DNA of 64,000 bases from a virus (lineage: Duplodnaviria; Caudoviricetes), in the IMG/VR virus record IMGVR_UViG_3300028392_002123. One strand, 5' to 3'. A model generated the notes under the pieces. It saw only the letters and a program-made list of their open reading frames with translations, had not been told where the DNA came from and searched no databases. The position numbers and the translations under genes were made by a program. Of this stretch, positions 45,734-54,090 are shown piece after piece (position 1 is the stretch's first letter; each line of letters starts with the position of its first letter).

Positions 45734-46429
45734 TTACCAACCGTAGGCGTCTGCTACCAATTTTGCACCGTCTGTGTTGGCCACGGTGTTACGGCAAGAA
45801 ATTTCATATAAATCTTTACGCATTTGAGCAACAAGAGTTTCAACGCGGCCAGCATTTTCTTCTGTGATCAATTGCTCTAATTTACGTGCGCCAATTTTGC
45901 TGTGGAAACCTTCGTCCTTGGCAATTTTGCGATAGGCACCGGAGATGAATTCATCTTCAATTGAGTCTGCCATTTGATCCCAAACAGCTTCAGCGCGACC
46001 TTCAGCAACTAACTGATAAGCGGCCAGTGCAACTGGATCTGATTCTGCTTCATACTTGGCCAATAAACTAGCACCTTTGGCTGTGTTAGCTTTAGCTTCT
46101 GCTTCAATGGCGGCCTTAACATCAACTGGCTTACCTTGGATGTGCTCAATGACTTCCTTGACTAAACGGAAGTGTACAGCTTCATCATGAGCTTGCTGAG
46201 TTAATAACTGTAGTTCAACAGGGTCTGCATCTGCACCAAGTTCTGCAACTTGACGGCTGATTTCAACCATGTTCATACGCTCATTGACCATGCGTCCGAT
46301 AAAGTGATCAACTAGCTCTTCTTGGCTAGGCTTGCTGTCAAAGTATTCTTTAACGTTTAATTGGCTAGCTTTGAATAGAGCTTGGTTGTCTTCTACTATC
46401 TTAGCTACGAACTGTTTTGCTGTCAACAT
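45734..46429 (-). CDS. Ferritin-like diiron protein
   Basis: Paired ExxH motifs DEAVH and DEGFH plus NE and AEG carboxylates. Confidence 0.78.
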   Translation of the reverse strand: MLTAKQFVAKIVEDNQALFKASQLNVKEYFDSKPSQEELVDHFIGRMVNERMNMVEISRQVAELGADADPVELQLLTQQAHDEAVHFRLVKEVIEHIQGKPVDVKAAIEAEAKANTAKGASLLAKYEAESDPVALAAYQLVAEGRAEAVWDQMADSIEDEFISGAYRKIAKDEGFHSKIGARKLEQLITEENAGRVETLVAQMRKDLYEISCRNTVANTDGAKLVADAYGW

Positions 46430-46519
46430 CGCTGACTCCTTAATTAAGATATGCTGTCATATATAATAGTATATATCTGTGCAATCATATTTATTTATCA
46501 GATCTGTGAAAAAAATCCT

Positions 46520-47272
46520 ATGAATACAAAAATTTTTAACTTAATTAAAGAAAATTTACAAATCGCCTTTAATTTACCTAAATATCAGAAAATTTCTGAT
46601 GCCATCGACGAAAATACAGTAGTGGACCAACTGCCTTGGACACCGGCTCGCTATCGCAAATTCAAGGATACCATAGAAGCAGAACTTAGTTTGCCCTGCG
46701 ACTACGTGGGTACCTTGGGCAGTATTGTTGATGATCTCAGTGAACGTTATATCAGTAGATTCTTTGCTGAGATATGGCAACCACGCACTGGAGACTATGA
46801 TTACACAGGATGGGAGTTAGTAGATGAAATTAATAGACAAAATCCTGGCAGCGTTTTGGACGTTGGCTGCGGGTATCACCCATTTAAGGGTAGGATTAGC
46901 AATTTGGTGGGCATCGATCCTTACAATTCCTGTGCTGACTACATGGTGGATATTCTTGACTATAAAGTTAAACCTGCTAGTCACGACATAATTATTGCTT
47001 TGGGCAGTATTAATTTTAACAGTAAAGAAGACATTGAAGCAAGATTTAGTTGCTGTGTGGATTTATTAAAGCCCTTGGGTAAAATATATTTCCGTGCCAA
47101 TCCAGGAATTCCACATAAGACAGGTCCCTATGTGGATATATTTCCCTGGAGTTTTGAAATAGTCAATGAATTTGCTGAAAAATATAATTTAACATTACTT
47201 GAATTTAAAAAAGATAAAAATGATAGATTATATTTTGTTTATCAAAAAATAGAAAAAGAATTAATTTTTTAA
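46520..47272 (+). CDS. Class I SAM-dependent methyltransferase with extra N-terminal helical domain
   Basis: VLDVGCG, GIDP, DIIIALGSINF, LKPLG. Confidence 0.82.
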   Translation: MNTKIFNLIKENLQIAFNLPKYQKISDAIDENTVVDQLPWTPARYRKFKDTIEAELSLPCDYVGTLGSIVDDLSERYISRFFAEIWQPRTGDYDYTGWELVDEINRQNPGSVLDVGCGYHPFKGRISNLVGIDPYNSCADYMVDILDYKVKPASHDIIIALGSINFNSKEDIEARFSCCVDLLKPLGKIYFRANPGIPHKTGPYVDIFPWSFEIVNEFAEKYNLTLLEFKKDKNDRLYFVYQKIEKELIF

Positions 47273-47836
47273 TTTACTAATTCTTTTTTTAATAATTTTA
47301 ATCACAGAATCAGCTTGTAACACTTCATAATGATTGTAGTCTATTTCTACTAATTCCATGTCCACGTGATGTCGCTGACTGGCTATGGTAACAACACCAT
47401 CGTTGGCTTCTGCGATAAAAGGACTTTGCCCTTTAACTGTTACAACATTACACCAAGGGTGCTGAATCTTAATTCTGTCGGCCTGCTTCATAGCCCACGA
47501 ACTAGGGCCTATATCACGCATAAGTCTACTAAAAGGTAAGAAGAATTTGGCAACTTCCGCAACTTCGGCGCCTCCGTAGGGTGTGCTTAGTGTAACAGCC
47601 CCTAGAACTTGATCTGGCATGGCATTGGCCAAGTGTAGCGAATATATGCCGCCTAGACTGTGTGCCACAAATACCATGTCCCGAACATCTTTTAGTTGTT
47701 CCAGCATGTCCTTTAAGTTATTTTCAAAGCCGTTGCGACTATCGTAGTTAATGTCTATGCCCGCACCCAGTTTGCTTCTAATATAGTTAAAGCTTTCGCT
47801 GGTCGCGCTGGCGCCGTGAATATATACTAATTGCAT
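47261..47836 (-). CDS. Alpha/beta hydrolase
   Basis: YIHG, nucleophile elbow AHSLGG, LSTPYGG, NDGVV, NH. Confidence 0.88.
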   Translation of the reverse strand: MQLVYIHGASATSESFNYIRSKLGAGIDINYDSRNGFENNLKDMLEQLKDVRDMVFVAHSLGGIYSLHLANAMPDQVLGAVTLSTPYGGAEVAEVAKFFLPFSRLMRDIGPSSWAMKQADRIKIQHPWCNVVTVKGQSPFIAEANDGVVTIASQRHHVDMELVEIDYNHYEVLQADSVIKIIKKRISKLKN

Positions 47837-47962
47837 TTAATACCGTCCTGACGCAAGTACAATCTTGCAGATATGTTCCAATCTTTCTATGTGTTCATAG
47901 GCACGCCATGGACTTGTATCAATGGCAACTACACCATGTCCTTTGATGCCCACAATGTCATA
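47837..47962 (-). pseudogene. 3' fragment of class II aldolase/adducin gene
   Basis: YDIVGIKGHGVVAIDTSPWRAYEHIERLEHICKIVLASGRY*; stop abuts the next ATG; no own start or N-terminal domain. Confidence 0.7.
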
Positions 47963-48035
47963 GGAAAAAGTCGCGAAGGCCGACACCTTTAAATTCTATT
48001 TCAGAACCCTTGACGTGTGAAAATTTTGTAGTCAT
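47958..48035 (-). pseudogene. 5' fragment (25 aa) of a truncated gene, possibly a cupin
   Basis: AAGGAG RBS then MTTKFSHVKGSEIEFKGVGLRDFFL*. Confidence 0.55.
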
Positions 48036-48051
48036 TGACAAAACTCCTTGA

Positions 48052-48882
48052 TTAATCGTTACTGGCACCGGCGCCGCACTTAGCACGTTTGGCATTGGTT
48101 AATGCGCCAAAATCTACTGGCCATTCTTGACCTGGTTGTAGTTCTCGAGCGTTGGCAGGGAAAGCATACTTAACACCGGCAGTCTGCATAATCTGTGCCA
48201 CAGGCATGCGGAATTTAGTTAAATCATTGCCCAAGTTAGGATATGGAGCTGTGTGTGGGAATGCCCAACCTGCAATTTCATTGGTTTGATTATTGATAAC
48301 AATTTTGTAGAATCCGTGCGGTACAACTACGCCATTGCCAATCTTTTTATCAGTAGCATCATAGACACCGCCTACATAAACTGTGTAGCTTTGATTGCGT
48401 TGTACTGCCCATCCACGTACACTTGTTTCCAATAGTTTCCAAATGCCACGATTTAGGCTACCAGCCTGCGGGCTCATATTAGTCATTAAAAAGCTTTCAA
48501 ACTCTACTTGAACGTCCCATGACAAATCGCCATCTGGACTCATGTGCCCTTTATCATAGCCAGTACCTGCGTAATCGTCGGGACGGGCTCCTCCTGGAAC
48601 TGATTGATCAGCAACAAAAGCATTAGTGCGAGCGACACAGCCGAGAGCGTTTTGAGGTAGTAGTTCATAGGTTACATATTTAGGTAATTTGGCAGCGGCA
48701 TCGTAGCCTACCAAGTATGCTTGACGACAAATAGGCTGTACGCCTGCTGTCTGTGGAAAACCGTAGGGTGCATGTACCTTGCAGGTCTGTGGATCCTGTG
48801 GCGGCCTTTGTGTCCACGCAACAGCATTGCCAAATCCCACCGTTACTAGTAGGATTAAAATTAGTTGTTTCATTGATTTCAT
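48052..48882 (-). CDS. Secreted DNA/RNA non-specific endonuclease (NucA/EndG family)
   Basis: Signal peptide; GYDKGHMSP, NMSPQ..LNRGIWKLLE, VPHGFYKIV. Confidence 0.92.
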   Translation of the reverse strand: MKSMKQLILILLVTVGFGNAVAWTQRPPQDPQTCKVHAPYGFPQTAGVQPICRQAYLVGYDAAAKLPKYVTYELLPQNALGCVARTNAFVADQSVPGGARPDDYAGTGYDKGHMSPDGDLSWDVQVEFESFLMTNMSPQAGSLNRGIWKLLETSVRGWAVQRNQSYTVYVGGVYDATDKKIGNGVVVPHGFYKIVINNQTNEIAGWAFPHTAPYPNLGNDLTKFRMPVAQIMQTAGVKYAFPANARELQPGQEWPVDFGALTNAKRAKCGAGASND

Positions 48883-48887
48883 TTTGT

Positions 48888-49523
48888 TTACTTCCATATG
48901 ACCATTTTAAACCTTTCCTTAGGTATGCCAAAATAATCGCATTTCCAATCGGACTGTGCGAAGAATTCCAAGCTGTGCCATTTATCTTTATATTTAATCA
49001 GATTCTTCGCGGCATCCTGCCAATCTATGTTTAATAACACAGGTTCTATTTTATTTTTAATGGCTGTAATTTCTTCATAGCTGAAACTGTCCCATTCCCA
49101 GTGTAGTATTTCAAATGCATTACCCGCGCGATCCACATAGTCCATGCTGAAATCTAGACCCCATTTAGAACGTATATTAATTATTTTATGAATTAAAGGC
49201 AGTGATTCTGCCCAATACTTTAATTCAGCCAAGGCTGGCCCTGTGTAACCCTTGCGTTCAAATAATAAACTGTGATTTAATACAGCGCCTTCTATTACGT
49301 TGTACTGTGTAAACCAGTCTTGTTTAACAGCACGAATATGATCCCTGTGTAATCTAGGCTTGACATAATTACTGTAAGCATAGTGCTGTTCTAGCACAGT
49401 TAAATCGTAGCCATTTTGATCAAATAGATCTAAGTCTTCTTTAGTGGGAATGTACACTAATTTTTTAATTGGTTTATCCCAGAAAGCCTGGGGATTAAAT
49501 TCATTATTTGTTACGGATAACAT
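48888..49523 (-). CDS. Hypothetical phage protein
   Basis: 211 aa ORF. Confidence 0.7.
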   Translation of the reverse strand: MLSVTNNEFNPQAFWDKPIKKLVYIPTKEDLDLFDQNGYDLTVLEQHYAYSNYVKPRLHRDHIRAVKQDWFTQYNVIEGAVLNHSLLFERKGYTGPALAELKYWAESLPLIHKIINIRSKWGLDFSMDYVDRAGNAFEILHWEWDSFSYEEITAIKNKIEPVLLNIDWQDAAKNLIKYKDKWHSLEFFAQSDWKCDYFGIPKERFKMVIWK

Positions 49524-49529
49524 TTAATT

Positions 49530-50873
49530 TTATTTATTTTTACCGCGGCGCATGTTCATTTGCCAACGTGCCAGCTGTCCTTTACGACCCGATGCATGAC
49601 TGGCCTTTTCCAGTTCGGCCATGGTGGCATGTTTGGGTATGCCATGACGAACGCTGTCTCCGGGGCGACCCGGGCCTTTGCCATCCGCAAAGTTTTCCTC
49701 TACACCCGGTTTTTTAACAGGACTCCAGTGGAACACAGTCATGCCCATACTGGGATATTCTTCCGGTTGCCACTTTGCACCCAGTATGTTCTGTATCACA
49801 GGAACAAAATACCGACGATATAAGCTGGCACGGTTATCACCTTTGGCAGTAAATGATACGCCAGGTGGACGAGCTTTGGCCATGTATTCAGGCAACTGTC
49901 GTTTAACAATATCAAGAACTGTGCTCAATATTTTCACTGTTGATCGGCTGGCACTTGTGGCCTGGCTTGGTGTGTCGTAATTGCCATTCACAGCAAATGT
50001 GATGTGCAAGGTGTCATTGAATTCACTGCGATCAAAGAACACATCTACCCAGTGGCCATCCACAGTGGCATGAAACAGACTGCGCTTTCGCTTGCGATTG
50101 GGCTTGTATTCAGCAGGTGCATTGCCCAGCTCAGTGATGGGCTCAACAGCAATCCAAGCCATGATATCGGTCTTGTTCAACAACTCGGCCGCGGCCCATG
50201 CTCTATGATTACCGTCTAAGATATAATTATTAGAATCTAAGACAATAGGATGTTTATCTATATAATGTAAACTGTGTTCTCCGGCATGTTCTGGATCAAT
50301 ATACATAACACGATTATAAGGATCATCGGTTTCACTGCCTTGTTCTTCATCATTGTATTCTTGATCGGGTATATGTATATCGGCCAGTGGCACACGTTTT
50401 AATTCATATTCTGGATATTTCATTATCAAGTTTTTTAAAAACCCACCACCCTGTTGGTCCTTGGGATGTATTTTACTTACATAACTCCATACTTGTTCAG
50501 CTGAAGCAATCTTAGTAGATATAGATGTTTCCCACACGCGAACATCTTCGCCTTTGTGCTTGTTCCAGAATCCTGCGCCTGCATCAGTTTGATCCCAGCT
50601 ACGCTGTATTTTGTAACCTTGGCTTTTAACAAAGTCATACATTATTTTAGCAATTCCTTGATTACGGAATTTTTCTTTGACAAATAAATCTTGGGGATCT
50701 AATTCCCGACCGTCGCCGATGTTAAATGTAACATGCCCTAGTTCGTTGCCCCAAGTTGAATCAAGTGCATTTACAAACAGTTGGCCATTGTCCTTGACCA
50801 TTCTGAATTGCAGGCCTTCAAAATCTTGTAGTTTACCCTGCTCACGTTCAACTATAAATTCATGTGCTCTCAT
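49530..50873 (-). CDS. Polyprotein: GNAT + ParB/Srx-like + unknown repeated module + basic C-terminal module
   Basis: Leader MRAHEFIVE; FRNQGIA; PIVL..ILDGNHRAWA; junctions VWE, ITE, GVEE. Confidence 0.8.
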   Translation of the reverse strand: MRAHEFIVEREQGKLQDFEGLQFRMVKDNGQLFVNALDSTWGNELGHVTFNIGDGRELDPQDLFVKEKFRNQGIAKIMYDFVKSQGYKIQRSWDQTDAGAGFWNKHKGEDVRVWETSISTKIASAEQVWSYVSKIHPKDQQGGGFLKNLIMKYPEYELKRVPLADIHIPDQEYNDEEQGSETDDPYNRVMYIDPEHAGEHSLHYIDKHPIVLDSNNYILDGNHRAWAAAELLNKTDIMAWIAVEPITELGNAPAEYKPNRKRKRSLFHATVDGHWVDVFFDRSEFNDTLHITFAVNGNYDTPSQATSASRSTVKILSTVLDIVKRQLPEYMAKARPPGVSFTAKGDNRASLYRRYFVPVIQNILGAKWQPEEYPSMGMTVFHWSPVKKPGVEENFADGKGPGRPGDSVRHGIPKHATMAELEKASHASGRKGQLARWQMNMRRGKNK

Positions 50874-52798
50874 CTGCTGGCCACCTTAATAGGTTCTCCT
50901 GGCTTGACATGCATGGCGGCCTGCCAATCTCGTGCTTTTTGTTCACGATTTTTTTGTCCTTTTAAGCCAGGATTAATATTCTTTGTAACTTGTTTTGTAT
51001 TGTTAAAACTCTTAGTTCTAGGTCTAACAAACTGTATCCAATACCATATACTGCTCAGCGCGGCCGCTGTGGGTGTGGCCACTATTTCAGGTTTGGCAAC
51101 AAAATCCACAGGATGATTAATAAATTTAGAAATCCACTCTCCGGCTTTTTGATAATTATATTTTCCAGTTAACTGCAAATATCCTCGGCCATGATATTTT
51201 GCGCCATCGCCGGGTTTGTCGTTGCCCAATATTTTGGCCTTGGCTGGATTAAATCTTATATCATATTTCTTTGCAAATTGTTCAGGAGTGCCATATTCAT
51301 TCATGGTGTTAAAGTTATCACTTTCATGAGCACACTGAGCCATAAATGCCGCTAACTCTGCGGGATTTTTAATAAATTGTTTGGCCCATTTTAATAAAAA
51401 ATCTACCTTGGGATTATTAGCCACGGACTGTGGTTTAGTATCTGTTTTTGCCTGTGCGCCCAAGGCGCTTACTGTGGCGCCTCCGGCCATGCCTTTAAGG
51501 AATCCTCTGCGATCAATGTCTTCCCCTACATCTTGTTTTATTCTTACTAGGTCAAATCCAATATGGTCACCGGTATCATGTACATTTTTTAATTGATATC
51601 CCCAGGATGTAGCATAACGTTGAAGTAACTTTGAATATAAACTAATTCTACTGTCTTTTCCTTGTTCTTCGCCTTTGGCGCCGGTAAATGATATAAATCT
51701 CGGCTGTTCTTTTGTCGTTAGAAATTCTTGTATGGCACTTAATACTGTGGCAAAGATTCTCTGTGAATCACCGTCGCCAGTTGCATCTTGACTATTGTTT
51801 CTCCAAAATTCAACGGTGTACACATCATCATCTTCTTTATTGAACATGATACTTAAATTAGAACCGTCTGGTAATTTAGTATACGCATCGTGGTCACCAA
51901 ACTCCCCGTGTTCCCATTGAAGCGGATAGGGCTGATTAAAGGCTTCCTCCAGACTTTCAGGAGTCCAGGCCATGTTTTTACTGCCCTTGACTGTGGGTTT
52001 GAATCCCTGTCCCTTATAGAATTTTGTCAGTTTGGCCTGGCTTACCTGTCCTTTGTCCCAGGGATATAGTGTAAGACTTATATTATCTTCTCGGGCCAGC
52101 CGCTGTAGTTCCGCCATGGCGCGAGTACCCACTCCTTGACGCAGAGGATATGCTTGAAACCATTTGACTTCCACAGCATCTTTTTTGCTCATGCTGGGCA
52201 CTAGATCAAACATGGCAAACTGTTGTTGTTCACCTTCGCCCCATACCATAATATGATTATTTTGAAATGTATGCGGATACAAGTCATAGACCTTTTTAAT
52301 CCAGTCTTTGGCACGTTGAGGTACTGTTAGTTTTATAGTGTCTTCGGCTACATCATGATTCAGCGAATTTGCCAACTGAGATATAGGAACTCCCGCGGCC
52401 TTGTAACCACGTGCTATACGAGCAATATAAGTTTTACGAGGTCTAGTGCCTTCTAAGTGTTCTCTAGTCGCCGGAGTCATAGTGTACAATTCTGCTACAA
52501 CTTTATTGCCGTCAACGTATACTGGCACAGTTTTTCTATCATATAAATGAGGATAACCTTCTGTACGATCTAGTTCGGCCAACATATTTCTGTCCAAGGC
52601 CCATAGTACTCCTACAACTTCTTGACCTGCTTCGGGACGCACATTAGCATATTGAAACATTTCATATTCAAAGTTTTTAAGCACAGCGGTGCCTACAAAA
52701 TCAGCACCACGCATTATCTTAGGATCTGTTAGCATGCCATATGCAAAATAGTATATGGGTACTGCACCTGCTTCTATTAGAAAATCACTGGCTTTCAT
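50870..52798 (-). CDS. Polyprotein: GGCT + GNAT + unknown module + Tat signal + GH19 lysozyme
   Basis: Leader MKASDFLIE; YFAYG...LDRTEG (GGCT); RQGVG (GNAT); RRGFLK; FMAQCAHES, YHGRGYLQLTGKYNY (GH19). Confidence 0.88.
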   Translation of the reverse strand: MKASDFLIEAGAVPIYYFAYGMLTDPKIMRGADFVGTAVLKNFEYEMFQYANVRPEAGQEVVGVLWALDRNMLAELDRTEGYPHLYDRKTVPVYVDGNKVVAELYTMTPATREHLEGTRPRKTYIARIARGYKAAGVPISQLANSLNHDVAEDTIKLTVPQRAKDWIKKVYDLYPHTFQNNHIMVWGEGEQQQFAMFDLVPSMSKKDAVEVKWFQAYPLRQGVGTRAMAELQRLAREDNISLTLYPWDKGQVSQAKLTKFYKGQGFKPTVKGSKNMAWTPESLEEAFNQPYPLQWEHGEFGDHDAYTKLPDGSNLSIMFNKEDDDVYTVEFWRNNSQDATGDGDSQRIFATVLSAIQEFLTTKEQPRFISFTGAKGEEQGKDSRISLYSKLLQRYATSWGYQLKNVHDTGDHIGFDLVRIKQDVGEDIDRRGFLKGMAGGATVSALGAQAKTDTKPQSVANNPKVDFLLKWAKQFIKNPAELAAFMAQCAHESDNFNTMNEYGTPEQFAKKYDIRFNPAKAKILGNDKPGDGAKYHGRGYLQLTGKYNYQKAGEWISKFINHPVDFVAKPEIVATPTAAALSSIWYWIQFVRPRTKSFNNTKQVTKNINPGLKGQKNREQKARDWQAAMHVKPGEPIKVASR

Positions 52799-53250
52799 TT
52801 TCCATAGCCCCAATGCTTTTTGCCATTTTTACGGTGCTTTTTAGATTTCTTAATTATTTGATCTGGTTCACCAAAGTCTACTTTAATCACACGACCAGTC
52901 TTGGGATTCTTTGTATAGACTTTAATTTTTTCTTTTTTCTCAATGACAGTTTCTTCACCCATGTGTTTAAAATACTGTACTTCTCGTTCACGCTTTTCAG
53001 CACCAGCATGAGTAGGATACTTACCCAAATTTTTACCAGTTTTTTTGCTTTTTAATTCCCAGCCACCTTTGACTTTGACAATATGTTCTAGCAGAGTCAT
53101 GTCATTTCCCGGAGATTCGACTATGTATGTTGCTATATGAGTTGTTTTATTGATGCCAACAATAACTGTTTCGACAATAGTGCCGTTTATGTTAAATTCT
53201 AAAATATCGCCAATTTCTGGCTGGCCAGTATCAACTTCGTTTAATCGCAT
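52795..53250 (-). CDS. Small multi-module protein with CTS-like leader
   Basis: MRLNE; modules after LLE and VIE (KNLGKYPTH..., KVYTKNPKTG). Confidence 0.65.
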   Translation of the reverse strand: MRLNEVDTGQPEIGDILEFNINGTIVETVIVGINKTTHIATYIVESPGNDMTLLEHIVKVKGGWELKSKKTGKNLGKYPTHAGAEKREREVQYFKHMGEETVIEKKEKIKVYTKNPKTGRVIKVDFGEPDQIIKKSKKHRKNGKKHWGYGK

Positions 53251-53253
53251 AAT

Positions 53254-53287
53254 AAAAAAACCCTTGCTAGTATTATTTAGCAAGGGT
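53254..53287 (-). terminator. Rho-independent terminator with TAAATA spanning the stem top and loop
   Basis: Minus strand ACCCTTGCTA-AATAATAC-TAGCAAGGGT-TTTTTT. Confidence 0.85.
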
Positions 53288-53315
53288 CTGCGAGTTTAAA
53301 ATAATCTGTTAGATA

Positions 53316-53588
53316 TTATTTTTTAGCTGTAGTTTGATAAGCTTTTAGCACGGCTTCGCCAAATTTAACATAGTCAAACTTAACGGCATTTTGATATGCT
53401 TCGTTGGCCTTTGTAGACAAAGTTGTAACTGTGTCTGTGCCTAGCTTAAACATATTTTTTGTATAATTGGTTTCGGTTTCAACCAAGTTGATCAAAGATT
53501 CTTTAACGGAATCATTGGTAACAAAAGTATTAACTAATTGTTTTTTACCGTTTTGTACGGTGTCGATAACTGAGTCTGCTGTAAACAT
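53316..53588 (-). CDS. Phasin-like helical protein
   Basis: 90 aa amphipathic helices; AAGGAG RBS; family resemblance only. Confidence 0.45.
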   Translation of the reverse strand: MFTADSVIDTVQNGKKQLVNTFVTNDSVKESLINLVETETNYTKNMFKLGTDTVTTLSTKANEAYQNAVKFDYVKFGEAVLKAYQTTAKK

Positions 53589-53709
53589 AATGTTCTCCTT
53601 AATTAAGCAAGTTTAATAATATGACTCTATCTTAGACGTCATTGTTTATTATAACATTACTTATGCGGCAATGCAACATTTTATCAGTAGAAATACTAGT
53701 GTTTGGTCA

Positions 53710-54090
53710 CTAATTTTTGTGTAAATCAATCAAAATCTGTTTGACAACATCTTTGCCCAACGGATCTTTGCGCTTGACGCTACGGCAAAGAGCACTGAAC
53801 CATACCCTGGCCGCTGTTTCCGGACTGTGCTCGTTGTCATCTATTTGATCATCATCTAGATAACTGGAAAATTTATTGATATACGCTTGGTGCAATCTAA
53901 GTTTAACGCTGTCGCCCACAGGAACCTGATTATTAACTTTAAGCAGGATAACAATGGCAGTGGCTTGATCCATTAGTTCGTCGTTCCATACAAAAGTATC
54001 GCCGGCTACATGCGCTGGCCTACCGCTGAGTTTACTGATCAACTTGGCTTCATTGACATTAGTAGCCAAGATCTGTGTGGTCGAATTCAT
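53710..54090 (-). CDS. Hypothetical protein
   Basis: AGAGGA RBS before ATG 54090. Confidence 0.6.
   Translation of the reverse strand: MNSTTQILATNVNEAKLISKLSGRPAHVAGDTFVWNDELMDQATAIVILLKVNNQVPVGDSVKLRLHQAYINKFSSYLDDDQIDDNEHSPETAARVWFSALCRSVKRKDPLGKDVVKQILIDLHKN

Noticed and set aside
47955-47966. prfB-like +1 frameshift at CTA TGA C
   Set aside because: Re-pairing CUA to UAU is poor, and the fusion would still lack most of the aldolase; a deletion explains it better
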